A stretch of DNA of 62,905 nucleotides, filler included, from Saprolegnia diclina VS20 (Eukaryota): the NCBI RefSeq assembly GCF_000281045.1. It is 7 parts of 3 records of this genome, joined end to end, with 100 filler letters (N's around TTAATTAATTAA, not from the genome) between each part and the next. Parts side by side here need not be neighbours in the genome. Positions count along the whole stretch, not along the records: positions 12,940 to 43,122 come from NW_008246113.1; positions 43,223 to 55,945 come from NW_008246113.1; 5 more parts are not named here. The stretch is one strand, 5' to 3'. Numbering within the stretch: the stretch's first letter is position 1; each line of letters begins with the position of its first letter. The notes under the pieces were generated by a model. It did not search any database. It had not been told where the DNA came from and saw nothing but the letters and a program-made list of their open reading frames with translations. This document shows, piece by piece, positions 35,957 through 49,365 of this stretch. A program made the translations under genes and the position numbers.

Positions 35957-38058
35957 ATGAAGCTCACGTGCAGCGGGCCCATGACGCAGCGCTTGACGCT
36001 CGCCGGCGTCTGCGCCTACATGCTCGCGGCCACGACGGTCTTCTTCGTCCACCGAGCGTACTACACGCCGCCGCCAAGGTACCTTGTCCCATGACTGCGA
36101 CGCCCTCACGACTCTACCTCGCAGCGTGCACGTGGCGAGCCATGTGCCCAAGCACGCCGAGTGCAGCTACCAGACGACCGCCTTTGCCACGCAGTACGAA
36201 GCTGTGTTTGCGCGCTCGACATCGCCGCCGATGTCGCTTCAAGCCCTGCAACGGTCTGCGACGTCCAACACGCTCAGAACTGATGGGTTCATCGTGCTCC
36301 TTGTAGGCACTCGGACCCACGCGCAACGCGATCCTGGGCCGACTGTCTGCCCATGCGCACGGTCGTTTGTGGCGTGGCCGCCGGCGCGCAAGACTCGCTC
36401 TTCACGCAGTCGCCGCTGTGCCGGTCCGCCGCCGTGCACCATCTCGTCGTGGCTGCATCTGCCGTACGTCGGCTGCAACTCTCATAGTCTTTATGGACTT
36501 TCCTGCGGTAGGCCATCGAAGAGCGAGGTCATATCGCACTGCCGATCGGCTCGGGTCTGCAGCATATGTGGGAGCACGGAGCGCTCGCGCCAGAAGCACC
36601 GTCGATCGATGTACTGTCCGAATCTTCTCGCCGTCGACGCATGACATGGTGGCTTTTGTAGATGCTCACAGACGCCTCGATGGACCTCACAGCATGGTTT
36701 TGGGCCCGAGGCTTTGCCCACTTTCAAGATGTGACCGACGGGCGTGACGTCACGTGCATGGCGCCTCACCACACGCTTGCCTCTCTGCTCTACGCCGACA
36801 ATGCTACCGACGCAACGCCGCCGCACCTGCGCTGGTCGAAAATGCGCTCTGTCGACGACCAGCTGCACATTGGAACACACAATGAGCACGCGTATCGGCT
36901 TGCACAGTTGACGCCGCCTTCGTGCTTGCCGCTGTACGACGCGTCCATCATGGCACCGGCGCACCCCGCGACCTTCTTCACAGCCGCACACGGCATGCGA
37001 GACCACGACGATCTCGATGTTTGGTACCCGAACGTCAACTGCCAAGAGCTCTGCGACGACGACNNNNNNNNNNNNNNNNNNNNNNNNNNNNNNNNNNNNN
37101 NNNNNNNNNNNNNNNNNNNNNNNNNNNNNNNNNNNNNNNNNNNNNNNNNNNNNNNNNNNNNNNNNNNNNNNNNNNNNNNNNNNNNNNNNNNNNNNNNNNN
37201 NNNNNNNNNNNNNNNNNNNNNNNNNNNNNNNNNNNNNNNNNNNNNNNNNNNNNNNNNNNNNNNNNNNNNNNNNNNNNNNNNNNNNNNNNNNNNNNNNNNN
37301 NNNNNNNNNNNNNNNNNNNNNNNNNNNNNNNNNNNNNNNNNNNNNNNNNNNNNNNNNNNNNNNNNNNNNNNNNNNNNNNNNNNNNNNNNNNNNNNNNNNN
37401 NNNNNNNNNNNNNNNNNNNNNNNNNNNNNNNNNNNNNNNNNNNNNNNNNNNNNNNNNNNNNNNNNNNNNNNNNNNNNNNNNNNNNNNNNNNNNNNNNNNN
37501 NNNNNNNNNNNNNNNNNNNNNNNNNNNNNNNNNNNNNNNNNNNNNNNNNNNNNNNNNNNNNNNNNNNNNNNNNNNNNNNNNNNNNNNNNNNNNNNNNNNN
37601 NNNNNNNNNNNNNNNNNNNNNNNNNNNNNNNNNNNNNNNNNNNNNNNNNNNNNNNNNNNNNNNNNNNNNNNNNNNNNNNNNNNNNNNNNNNNNNNNNNCC
37701 GAATGTAGGTCTTTCAAATATGACGTGGCAGCAGGAAATGAAAGTTGCGTGGGTGTAGACCGACCTCGTCGAGGTGTCGACGTACGACCACGGCACGCCG
37801 TACCTGGACTTGTACTCGTGGAACAAGGAGGTCGGGCGCAAAATCAAGGTCGAGACCGCCCAGGAGAAGCTCGATGTGGCCTACATGTTCCCGCTCACGT
37901 GCCACGAGACGATCTTTGGCAACCACGTGCCAAGCATACAGTTTCCGGAAGCCATGTTCCGGTCCGAGTATGGCATCACGTACGCATCGGACCCCGACTT
38001 GCATTTGGCATCGTGCGAGTCGTACTGCGACTACCAGTTGCTCGATACAAACGAATAG
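35957..38058 (+). CDS. LicD-family protein, paralogue C (catalytic exons fall in the gap)
   Basis: Same anchor and exon structure as B; last exon HGTPYLDLYSW..CESYCDYQLLDTNE*. Confidence 0.8.
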
Positions 38059-38787
38059 GTTTTCAAACAATATTTCAAATATTAAGCTAGTACATTCAAA
38101 AACTTGTACAGTTGAAGTGCAGGTGTGCATATATGCTACAGCGGCGTGTTGTCGGCAAGACACATTTACCTTGGGTCCCGATCTCGAGGCGACAGTGTTC
38201 AATCATCTTGCACTGTCGTCATCCTACTTGGAAGACAGCTACTCCTCCACAGACGTGGGGAGGAGGAGCTGTTGACCCCATAGATGCAAATCTAGTGGAG
38301 CTGCCGATCGTCCTGCACCGCGACCTCCAGTCGCTGACGCCGCCTCAGTCGCTGGCGACGACCTTGACAAACTGCGTAGCTTTGCCGCCGACCGCGACGC
38401 CTGGAAAGATTTGACCGACCGTGTCGTCCAGTGCCTCACCCACGACCACAAGCGTCGTAGGGCGACGACAGAAGAGCTGGACGAGCCCCGCACCGCCGCC
38501 TGCGCAGCCACGGACCGGCGAGCGAATGAAGAAGAAAAAGGAGGTTGCTAGTCTCTACGTATGCGAAGTCTTTGTGTATTTATGAAGATAACGCGAAACA
38601 CGTTCATATACATAGTGGAGTACTAGTACTATGCTGTAAGATCCTAGTCCTCGTACGACGCAATACGTGTGGTACCCTGCGTGGTGTCCAGAATGCGATG
38701 TGGTGGCCACGCACTCCACCATACGACAGGAACAGTCTGCGATGTAAAATCCATCGATTTCTCTACCTATCAAATTCTCCTTTGAAT

Positions 38788-40820
38788 CTACGTGCGCGAG
38801 ACATTCTTGTTCGGGACGAGCTGATAGTCGCAGTACGACTCGCATGCAGCCAAGCGCAAGTTGGGGTCCACGTCGTACGTGTCGCCATACTCGCTCTTGA
38901 ACATGGCTTCCGGGTGTTGGATGCTAGGCACGGGACTACCAAAGATCGTGTGGTCGCATGTCAGCGGAAATACTTGGGACGCGTTGAGCTTGGCGTTGGC
39001 CGTCTCGACCTGGATATACGCCGTCGACGCCGAGTACTCTTTCCGCCACATGTACAGATCCAGGTACGGCGTGCCGTGCATCGACGAGTCGGTTCGGGTT
39101 TGCTACTCCAAACACGCAATGAGACGCTGCCACGTCAGATTTGAAAGACCTACATTCGGTGCATACAGAAGCGACGCGAGCGGGTGGTGCGACGCGACGC
39201 AAGCGCCGTGGATATCACGTTCAAAGACGTAGAAGCCTCGGGCCCACATGACATCTTGGAGAATGGTCCAGTCTGTAAACGACGGCAGGACGACGTCGAC
39301 ATCAGCCGTGTGCGGAATGATGGCCTCGTCACGCCATGCCCCTAATAGCACACTGTAGTGAGTCATCACGTCACATCATTCTCTCTCAATGCGTACCGAG
39401 TAGGGTGCCAAAGTAGACAAACGACGGGAGATGGAGCTCTTCGACGACCTCAAGCATGTTTTCAAGCAGCAGCTGGAGCACAGCCGACCGGCACGGCTTG
39501 CCTTGCGGCGTCTCAAAGAGCGTCGCCTTGACACCGCGCCGTGCGCCACACAGCTGCGGCTTGATTGGGAGGCAGTACTCCCACTCCTTTCCTTGGCGGA
39601 GCTTGGTCGTGTTGCTGAACGGCGCGAGGAACGGCGCATGCGCGGGCGAGAGCTGCAGCGGCAGCGGCTGGCGCAAGTACCCGGCAAGTCGCGCGTTGTA
39701 CTCGGCATCGTTCCGCAGCGGACAGTGCGCAACGTTGGCGTGGACGTCGCGCTGAAACGCCGGCGTGTCGTGTTCACAGGAGACTTGGCACTTGGGGTTC
39801 GGGTACGTCGCATCGATCTCGTCAGCGTGCTTGGATGGTCGACTGTGCCCCGCTGTAAAGAACGAAGCGGGCAACGACGGTGCAAGGATCGACGCATTGT
39901 ACAGCGGCAAACAGCCCAGTGGCATCAAGTGCGCCTGCTCGTAGACGTGGTTCTTCTCGGGTGATACGATGAAGACGTCATCGACAGAGTGCATCCGCGA
40001 CCAGCGCAGGTGCGGTGACGTCGCATTAACGGCCTCGTCGGCGTAGAGAAGAGTCGCGAGCGTGTGGTGAGGCGCCATGCATGTGACCGCGCGGCCGGCC
40101 GTCTTGTCAAAAAAGTGGGCAAACCCCCGCGCCCAAAACCACGAAGCGAGATCGCTCGGGGCGTCCGTGAGCATCTAAGAGAATTCTCATGAGCCTGCGC
40201 CGATAGCAGCAGTAGAGTGGGTAAGCGTTCGTACGTCAATGGCCGTGGCGTTGGGAGGCAGCGCGCCGTGTTGCCAGAGATGCTCGAGACCCTTGCCAAT
40301 CGGCATGGCGTTATAGCCGCGCTCTTCAATGGCCTGCAAGAAGCACCTTTGTATGAGATACGGGAAACGTTGTACATGCGACGTACAGCGGCAGTCGCGA
40401 CAAGTAGGTGGTGCAAAACCGCGGACCGACACGGCGGCGATTGCGTGAAGAGCGAGTCTTGCGACCCGGCGGTGACGCCGCAGACTACTGTGCGCATGGG
40501 CAGACAGTTGGCCCACGATATTTGCGCCTGCGCATCCGAGTGGCTACGCAGAGAAGGATGAGCCATGGTGGCCTCAATGGTTCACGCAAAGGTACCGTCG
40601 CAGGGCTTCGAGCGACGCCGGCGGGGACGGCGGAGCCGCATAGATCGCTTCGTAGCGCTGAGAAAATTCCTTTGTTTGGTAGCTACAGTCGGCGTGCCGC
40701 AGCGGCGCAAGGCTGGCCACCAAGACGTGCCGAATGCTATGGATAGGGTGAACACGACGTACGAGGCGCTTGCAATCGGTACTACCTTTGCGCGGTCGTC
40801 GCCGTGTACTGATGGTGGAC
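38788..40820 (-). CDS. LicD-family protein, paralogue D (5' end in the gap)
   Basis: YFGTLL|GAWRDEAIIPHTADVD; GTPYLDLY; stop 38788. Confidence 0.85.
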
Positions 40821-41110
40821 NNNNNNNNNNNNNNNNNNNNNNNNNNNNNNNNNNNNNNNNNNNNNNNNNNNNNNNNNNNNNNNNNNNNNNNNNNNNNNNN
40901 NNNNNNNNNNNNNNNNNNNNNNNNNNNNNNNNNNNNNNNNNNNNNNNNNNNNNNNNNNNNNNNNNNNNNNNNNNNNNNNNNNNNNNNNNNNNNNNNNNNN
41001 NNNNNNNNNNNNNNNNNNNNNNNNNNNNNNNNNNNNNNNNNNNNNNNNNNNNNNNNNNNNNNNNNNNNNNNNNNNNNNNNNNNNNNNNNNNNNNNNNNNN
41101 NNNNNNNNNN

Positions 41111-42722
41111 GTGCCGGTCCGCCGCCGTGCACCATCTCGTCGTGGCTGCATCTGCCGTACGTCGGCTGCAACTCTCATAGTCTTTATGGACTTTCCTGCG
41201 GTAGGCCATCGAAGAGCGAGGTCATATCGCACTGCCGATCGGCTCGGGTCTGCAGCATATGTGGGAGCACGGAGCGCTCGCGCCAGAAGCACCGTCGATC
41301 GATGTACTGTCCGAATCTTCTCGCCGTCGACGCATGACATGGTGGCTTTTGTAGATGCTCACAGACGCCTCGATGGACCTCACAGCATGGTTTTGGGCCC
41401 GAGGCTTTGCCCACTTTCAAGATGTGACCGACGGGCGTGACGTCACGTGCATGGCGCCTCACCACACGCTTGCCTCTCTGCTCTACGCCGACAATGCTAC
41501 CGACGCAACGCCGCCGCACCTGCGCTGGTCGAAAATGCGCTCTGTCGACGACCAGCTGCACATTGGAACACACAATGAGCACGCGTATCGGCTTGCACAG
41601 TTGACGCCGCCTTCGTGCTTGCCGCTGTACGACGCGTCCATCATGGCACCGGCGCACCCCGCGACCTTCTTCACAGCCGCACATGGCATGCGAAACCACA
41701 ATGATCTCGATGTTTGGTACCCGAACGTCAACTGCCAAGAGCTCTGCGACGACGACATTCCGCCGTTCCGACGCGACGTCAAGTTTGAGGTGGCCCACTG
41801 TCCGCTGCGCAACGATACTGAGTACAACGCGCGCTTGGCCACGTACTTACGCCATCCATTGCCGCTGCAGCTTGACGAAGCTCATGCGCCGTACCTTTCA
41901 CCGTTTAGCAACACGACCAAACTCCGCGAAGGCAAGGCGTGGGAATACTGCCTCCCGATGAAGCCGCAACAGTGTGGTGCGCGACGCGGTCTCAAGCCGA
42001 CGCTCTTTGAGACGCCGCAAGGCAAGCCGTGCCGGTCGGCTGTGCTCCAGCTGCTGCTCGAAAACATGCTCGAGGTCGTCCAAGAGCTTCATCTCCCGTC
42101 GTTTGTCTACTTTGGCACCCTACTCGGTATGCATTATAAAGAACTATGCGACATGACGACTAACTAAAATGTGCTATTAGGGGCGTGGCGTGACGAGGCC
42201 ATCATCCCGCACACCCCCGACATTGACATTGTCCTGCCGTTGACCACCGACTGGGCAAAAGTCCAGGACGCCATGTGGGCCCGAGGCTTCTACGTGTTTA
42301 AACGTGATATCCACGGCGCGTGCGTCGCGTCGCACCACCCGCTCGCGTCGCTGTTGTACGCGCCGAATGTAGGTCTTTCAAATATGACGTGGCAGCAGGA
42401 AATGAAAGTTGCGTGGGTGTAGACCGACCTCGTCGAGGTGTCGACGTACGACCACGGCACGCCGTACCTGGACTTGTACTCGTGGAACAAGGAGGTCGGG
42501 CGCAAAATCAAGGTCGAGACCGCCCAGGAGAAGCTCGATGTGGCCTACATGTTCCCGCTCACGTGCCACGAGACGATCTTTGGCAACCACGTGCCAAGCA
42601 TACAGTTTCCGGAAGCCATGTTCCGGTCCGAGTATGGCATCACGTACGCATCGGACCCCGACTTGCATTTGGCATCGTGCGAGTCGTACTGCGACTACCA
42701 GTTGCTCGATACAAACGAATAG
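41111..42722 (+). CDS. LicD-family protein C', near-identical copy of paralogue C (5' end in the gap)
   Basis: 41111-43122 repeats 36418-38458 with a few substitutions (e.g. RDHDD vs RNHND) and includes GTLL|GAWRDEAIIPHTPDID. Confidence 0.8.
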
Positions 42723-43222
42723 GTTTTCAAACAATATTTCAAATATTAAGCTAGTACATTCAAAAACTTGTACAGTTGAAGTGCAGGTGTGCATATATGC
42801 TACAGCGGCGTGTTGTCGGCAAGACACATTTACCTTGGGTCCCGATCTCGAGGCGACAGTGTTCAATCATCTTGCACTGTCGTCATCCTACTTGGAAGAC
42901 AGCTACTCCTCCACAGACGTGGGGAGGAGGAGCTGTTGACCCCATAGATGCAAATCTAGTGGAGCTGCCGATCGTCCTGCACCGCGACCTCCAGTCGCTG
43001 ACGCCGCCTCAGTCGCTGGCGACGACCTTGACAAACTGCGTAGCTTTGCCGCCGACCGCGACGCCTGGAAAGATTTGACCGACCGTGTCGTCCAGTGCCT
43101 CACCCACGACCACAAGCGTCGTNNNNNNNNNNNNNNNNNNNNNNNNNNNNNNNNNNNNNNNNNNNNTTAATTAATTAANNNNNNNNNNNNNNNNNNNNNN
43201 NNNNNNNNNNNNNNNNNNNNNN

Positions 43223-44521
43223 GCGAGGAACGGCGCATGCGCGGGCGAGAGCTGCAGCGGCAGCGGCTGGCGCAAGTACCCGGCAAGTCGCGCGTTGTAC
43301 TCGGCATCGTTCCGCAGCGGACAGTGCGCAACGTTGGCGTGGACGTCGCGCTGAAACGCCGGCGTGTCGTGTTCACAGGAGACTTGGCACTTGGGGTTCG
43401 GGTACGTCGCATCGATCTCGTCAGCGTGCTTGGATGGTCGACTGTGCCCCGCTGTAAAGAACGAAGCGGGCAACGACGGTGCAAGGATCGACGCATTGTA
43501 CAGCGGCAAACAGCCCAGTGGCATCAAGTGCGCCTGCTCGTAGACGTGGTTCTTCTCGGGTGATACGATGAAGACGTCATCGACAGAGTGCATCCGCGAC
43601 CAGCGCAGGTGCGGTGACGTCGCATTAACGGCCTCGTCGGCGTAGAGAAGAGTCGCGAGCGTGTGGTGAGGCGCCATGCATGTGACCGCGCGGCCGGCCG
43701 TCTTGTCAAAAAAGTGGGCAAACCCCCGCGCCCAAAACCACGAAGCGAGATCGCTCGGGGCGTCCGTGAGCATCTAAGAGAATTCTCATGAGCCTGCGCC
43801 GATAGCAGCAGTAGAGTGGGTAAGCGTTCGTACGTCAATGGCCGTGGCGTTGGGAGGCAGCGCGCCGTGTTGCCAGAGATGCTCGAGACCCTTGCCAATC
43901 GGCATGGCGTTATAGCCGCGCTCTTCAATGGCCTGCAAGAAGCACCTTTGTATGAGATACGGGAAACGTTGTACATGCGACGTACAGCGGCAGTCGCGAC
44001 AAGTAGGTGGTGCAAAACCGCGGACCGACACGGCGGCGATTGCGTGAAGAGCGAGTCTTGCGACCCGGCGGTGACGCCGCAGACTACTGTGCGCATGGGC
44101 AGACAGTTGGCCCACGATATTTGCGCCTGCGCATCCGAGTGGCTACGCAGAGAAGGATGAGCCATGGTGGCCTCAATGGTTCACGCAAAGGTACCGTCGC
44201 AGGGCTTCGAGCGACGCCGGCGGGGACGGCGGAGCCGCATAGATCGCTTCGTAGCGCTGAGAAAATTCCTTTGTTTGGTAGCTACAGTCGGCGTGCCGCA
44301 GCGGCGCAAGGCTGGCCACCAAGACGTGCCGAATGCTATGGATAGGGTGAACACGACGTACGAGGCGCTTGCAATCGGTACTACCTTTGCGCGGTCGTCG
44401 CCGTGTACTGATGGTGGACGATGAAGAAAGCCGTGACTGCGAGCACGTAGGCGCAGACGCCGACGAGCGTCAAGCGCTGCGCCATGGGTCCCTTGAGAAG
44501 GCGTGGCCACGTGAACTTCAT
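43223..44521 (-). CDS. LicD-family protein D', 5' half duplicating paralogue D
   Basis: 43223-44419 matches 39624-40820 and supplies the start MKFTWPRLLKGPMAQRLTLVGVCAYVLAVTAFFIV at 44521. Confidence 0.8.
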
Positions 44522-45187
44522 CGCGCCGACTGGCAAATGCAGCTCCTTGCTAGCGTGTCACCAGCTGATGTGATTTTGCAGGGTACCCACCCATCTGATT
44601 TTCTTAGTGGTGTTTTTACCTTGGAATTTGTATTCAAAATATGCAATCGGACCCGGGTAGGAGGCCATTAAAAATTTCGGCAATGTGGGAAAGGCCGGAT
44701 GGTCACCGGACACCATTCCGCAGGAGATCTGAGGCAACTGGGCTCAACTTCGTTGCTGAGGAGTGCAATGACCAGGGTTGTAGGGTTGTGAGTGGGACCC
44801 AAAGTCCCTAGGTCGCTGTTGAAGCGAGTCTATTTAGATCTAATTTTCACTGAACTGTCAAGTCTCTCCTTGCTTCGCAATGCGGCCAGAGACAGGCGCG
44901 TGCCTCGGACCAGTTGTTGATGGACAGCTTTCGTCGGGCTTTGTGGTCCAGTCCTCACAGCAACCGCGCCACCTTGTCTGCACGCAGGAAGCATGATGCA
45001 AAGAAGGCATCATATCGCCAGAAACCAGTGCCCAGGTGGTGCCTTGCGCACTCGTTGGTACGTCCGAGTCCACTGACTATGGTCTCGTTGGTCCACGTAT
45101 GGACCATTGTAAAAGCTGTGCTTTGGCACTTGTGCCTGCTGTTTATCCACCATGCCCAACGCCAGTGTACTGGCTATTCAGCGCTTA

Positions 45188-47871
45188 TTACGGGGCTTGC
45201 GCAGGGTCGAGCTTGGCAGCGGTCTCGGGTACATCAATGTCGGGGTGCTTGAGGAGCGTCGCGATCACGCGGTCGTGGTCGCGGTCCATGGCGGCCATGA
45301 GCGGCGTCATCCCCGTCTACACAGCTTGTTCTCAGCACATTCCGAGTCCGACTTCGCTAGGATACCAGCGTCGTGGCATTGACTTGAATGTCCTTGTTCG
45401 CGTCGAGCAGTGCTTGGACAATGTCGACAAACCCGAGGGCCGACGCGTAGTAGAGCGCCGACGACCCTTCCTAAACAGTACCAACCATGATCCTTGCAAG
45501 CGCAGTGGTCCACCATGTAGCCGACCTCGTCCTGCGCGTTGATGCGCACGTGCGGGTGCCGTAGCAAGGCGAGCGTAATCTCGCCATGGCCAAAGAGACT
45601 CGCGGCCATGAGAGGCGTCCGCCCCTCCTACACAAGCACGTCGTCTCCTCTGGCGTTCCGTTTATTGTACGGCGTCCGGCGCGTTGACGTCGATCGTGGG
45701 CTCGGCCAAGAGCTGGAGCACGATCGTATCGTGGTTGTCGGCGATCGCGAGCAAGAGTGGCGTCATGCCGTCCTACCCACCTCTCGTACTGGCTCTACCG
45801 TTCAAACACCTACTTCATCGGGCGCGTTGAGCGTCTCGGGCGACACGAGCGGCAAAAGCAGTGCGACGATCGCGTCGTGGCCGTTTGAACATGCGACGTG
45901 GAGTGCCGACTGCTGCATCTACGCAACAGTTCAACAACCTATTCGACAAGCAAGAAAGTCGAGGTCGGCGCATACCTGGTTGGCAAGATGAACGTCAAGT
46001 TGCGGCAGATCCAAGAGAAAGTCGACGGTCGCGGGATACCCGTTCGCACTCGCCAGCACGAGGCCCGAGTTGCCATCCTAGTTCCTCTCACTTGATACAT
46101 TGATACTGGACACTGAAACGTACGCGATCCGTCTCGTTGATGTCGAGTGTCGGCAGCGCTTGCACAAGGTAGCGGAGCACGGCGTCGTGGCCGCCACTGC
46201 ACGCGGTAAGCCATGGCGTCGGCTCGCCCTGCTCATCGAGCGTGTCGTTTGTAAGCAACCATGACGGTCTCTACCTCGGTTTTCGTCGAGACGTCGATAG
46301 CTGCTTGGCTCAAGAGGCACTCGACGACACCGAGCCAGCCGGCGCCGCACGCAAGCACCAAGCCCGAGCAGCCGTCCTATCTCCGTTCCGACTCTGTACA
46401 AAGCGTTGGCGTGAATGAACGTACCTGGCTACGCTGCTGCACGTTGACGTTCGGGTGGTTGACGAAGAGGGTGACAATATTTTCGTGGCCTTGTTCGCAT
46501 GCATGCAGAAAGGCCGAGCGTCCAGTCTGCAAAACATGGTGTCATCTTACTTCATCAGGGACCGGAACCGCTTACGCTATCGGTGCGGTTGACGTCGAGC
46601 CCCGGTTGCGCAAGGAGGAGCGACACAATCTCGGTCCGACCTTGCTGCACGGCATACATGAGCACTGACACGCCCCTCTAAACAATACGGTGGGCACTTG
46701 GTGGAGGAGGTTCAAAGAGGTCGTACCGCATCGACCAGGTTGATGTCGGAATGCGGCAAGAGCAGCCGGACGACGTCCATGTGTCCTCCGTCCGACGCCA
46801 GTAGCAGCCCCGAATAGCCGTTCTACGTGGCATGTCCGACTACAAAAGCGTGTACCGTATTATCCAGACCTGCGTCGTCGCGCGGAGATCGGTCGCCGGG
46901 TGCGCGACCAGCGTCTCGACGACCGCCGTCTGGCCGCGCCGGCAGGCTTGTAGGAACCCCGTGCTGCAGTTCTAGGATCACAATACTGCTGCTTTTCCCA
47001 TCTTGAAGGCAAACACACCGCATCGACTTGGTTGACACGAAGACGCGGCTGCGCGAGGAGGAAGCACACGACGTCGACGGCGCCACTGGCACAGGCCAGC
47101 ATAAAGGCGCAGATCCCCTAGTTTCAAATGCGTTTTCAAATCGAGATAGAAAGAGAAATGGAGGTCATCACCTCGTGCGCGGTCGCGTTGATGTCAAACC
47201 CGGGTCGGGACACAAAGAGCGCCGCGACGTCCTTGTTGTTTTGGCAACACGCCATCATAAACGGTGTGATGCCCGTGCGCTCGAGCCCGTGGTGAACTTG
47301 AATATCGGGGTACGCGAGTAGATGCGCCACAATCTCGACTTCGTTTTGAATGCATGCGAGCATGAGGGCGGTCGACCCGCCCTAGATTGTGAAACTAAGA
47401 AAACTCCGATATCGCAAGAAGAATGAGAAAGTGAACCGGCGCCGTCGCCTCCACGTTGATGCTTGGGTGCTGGAGAAGCGCGGCGACGTGCGCGAGGTGG
47501 CTCGCATCGACCGCTTCCATCAGCGGCGTGTAGCCCGCCTAATAAGATGTATAAATTGGCGAGGTGGTTGGCTCGTAGGGAGCATCTACGTCGTTGAAAG
47601 CGTTCACATCGACACACGGATGCAGCAAAAGAAGCTGGGCGACGTCCAGCTGCCCGTATTTGCACGCGAGCAGGAGCGCGCCGTTGCCATCTTCGTCGAC
47701 CTCGTTGACGTCGACGTCGCCGAGCGCGAGCGTCTCGGTCACCGTGGCCACGTCGCCCTTGGCACACGCTGCAAAGAAGCGGTGGCGCACCTACAACCAG
47801 AGAGCATGAGATGAGAGCTAGCGGCGGCAGCCAACGTCGTCGTTGTCGTCGTCGTTGCCCGAGCTCATCAT
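45188..47871 (-). CDS. Ankyrin-repeat protein, multi-exon
   Basis: MMSSGNDDDNDD|VRHRFFAACAKGD..DVNEVDEDGNGALLLACKYGQ; GITPFMMACCQNN; GRTPLMAASLFGH; ends ..DPAQAP*. Confidence 0.85.
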
Positions 47872-49365
47872 CGAGAAAAAAAGGCGATTGGCAACGTCAA
47901 GGTTTTGGCCTGTCGCAGACAAGAGCCAATCACATGCCGCCTTTCTCGACCAATCCGGAACGTCCATCACATGCAGCCAATCAGCGCGGAGAATGAATAC
48001 GTCTTGGAGCACATCGAGCAGCTGGACGACTTGAGGTGCATCCGACGTCATCTTTCTCGTTGTTGTTGAAATGAGTTATGTACAAGCCATTCTAAAGATG
48101 AAAATGGCGGACTTCCTACAATGCGCTCATGTGGCAAGGCCGGTGCGTCAAGCTGAGGGCACATGGTCGCGGCTCGCGATTGTGGGTGGAACGAGATAGC
48201 GACCTTGGCAAGCGATGGCACTACGGCGCGACGGGCCAAGTGTCGGATATGCAATCGCGTGATCGTAGCTGGTTTGATCGCGCGCAGCAGCGGGAAGGAC
48301 CGTCAGCGTCGTGCGGCACACTCGGTTGCTGCGAGCCAAAGACAATATCAGACGCAAGCGCGCAAGAGCGGCCAGAAGGCAGGGATGGTTGACTGACGAG
48401 TTGTCCAAGAATGACAGAGCGACAGCGTACCGTCTTTGGGAGCGGCGTGGCTCGTTAGTAAGATCACATCGGAAACAGGTTCTAGTCGCCAACTTCTATA
48501 CATCTCCTCTTCTATGTTGTTGTGCGCTTGACCTTCTGCGCAAGCTTATTCCACATATTAGAGCTCCATGTTTCATTTCGCCTCACAGCCCACCGGTGGA
48601 ACGATCTCTCATCTAAAGAGTACGCCCTTGCACTGCAGCGCACTACTTGTTTGGACCATGGGTCATGCCTTGATGAAGGCTCTACCGGTAGCGGGTTCTG
48701 ATGAGACGACCGTCAAAAAGGTTGATAGGTCAACAAGCCCGTCGAAGAGAGCAATCGCGCGCCCAACGAAGGTTGTTCTTGGCTGATGAATCACGCTTGT
48801 CACATGCAGCAGAGAGAAACTGCCACGTCTCCAGATCTGGTGCACCTCGGGCTGACGTGGCGGCTCCTTCGTTGTACGTACTATCGGCACCGTACTGCCC
48901 AAACAGATCTAGTTCCAGAAGCGCATGTGGTACTTCCAGGCGCAGCAAGGAAGTTGAGATTTTGCCGTCCGGATAGACGCGAAGAGTCGATAGTAGGCTA
49001 GATAGACATATTGCATTTTGCCTTGTCGATCTCAACCCGCCACGACACTCCCAATGGCTAGCGCGCAATCAATTCGTCTATTGTCCCACTTGAGCGTCGT
49101 ACAAGGCGAGACCCTTTTTGCTCCTATCCTGCTTGGATACCTTGTATATACTAGCGATTGCCACCCAAATAGTAGAAACTCCGATGATACGTGCGACTTC
49201 AAGGCGCACGAGTATGGTACACATTAGTCGTATTATCGTCGATCACAGTCTAGCAAAACTGCTGAAACGATGTCGTATCATCGAGTCTGGACCCATTCGA
49301 ATCCAGTAATACGCCGACTATGTGCCACAGCTTCGATTGCTGCCGCCTTGTGTACCGAGACGCTC

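Noticed and set aside
36491..37847. Long ORFs made mostly of X (also 40565-41440, 60989-62186)
   Set aside because: Artefacts of translating through N gaps
38548..38565. CTAG followed by TCTCTAC, resembling Helitron termini
   Set aside because: No subterminal GC-rich hairpin and no matching other end found
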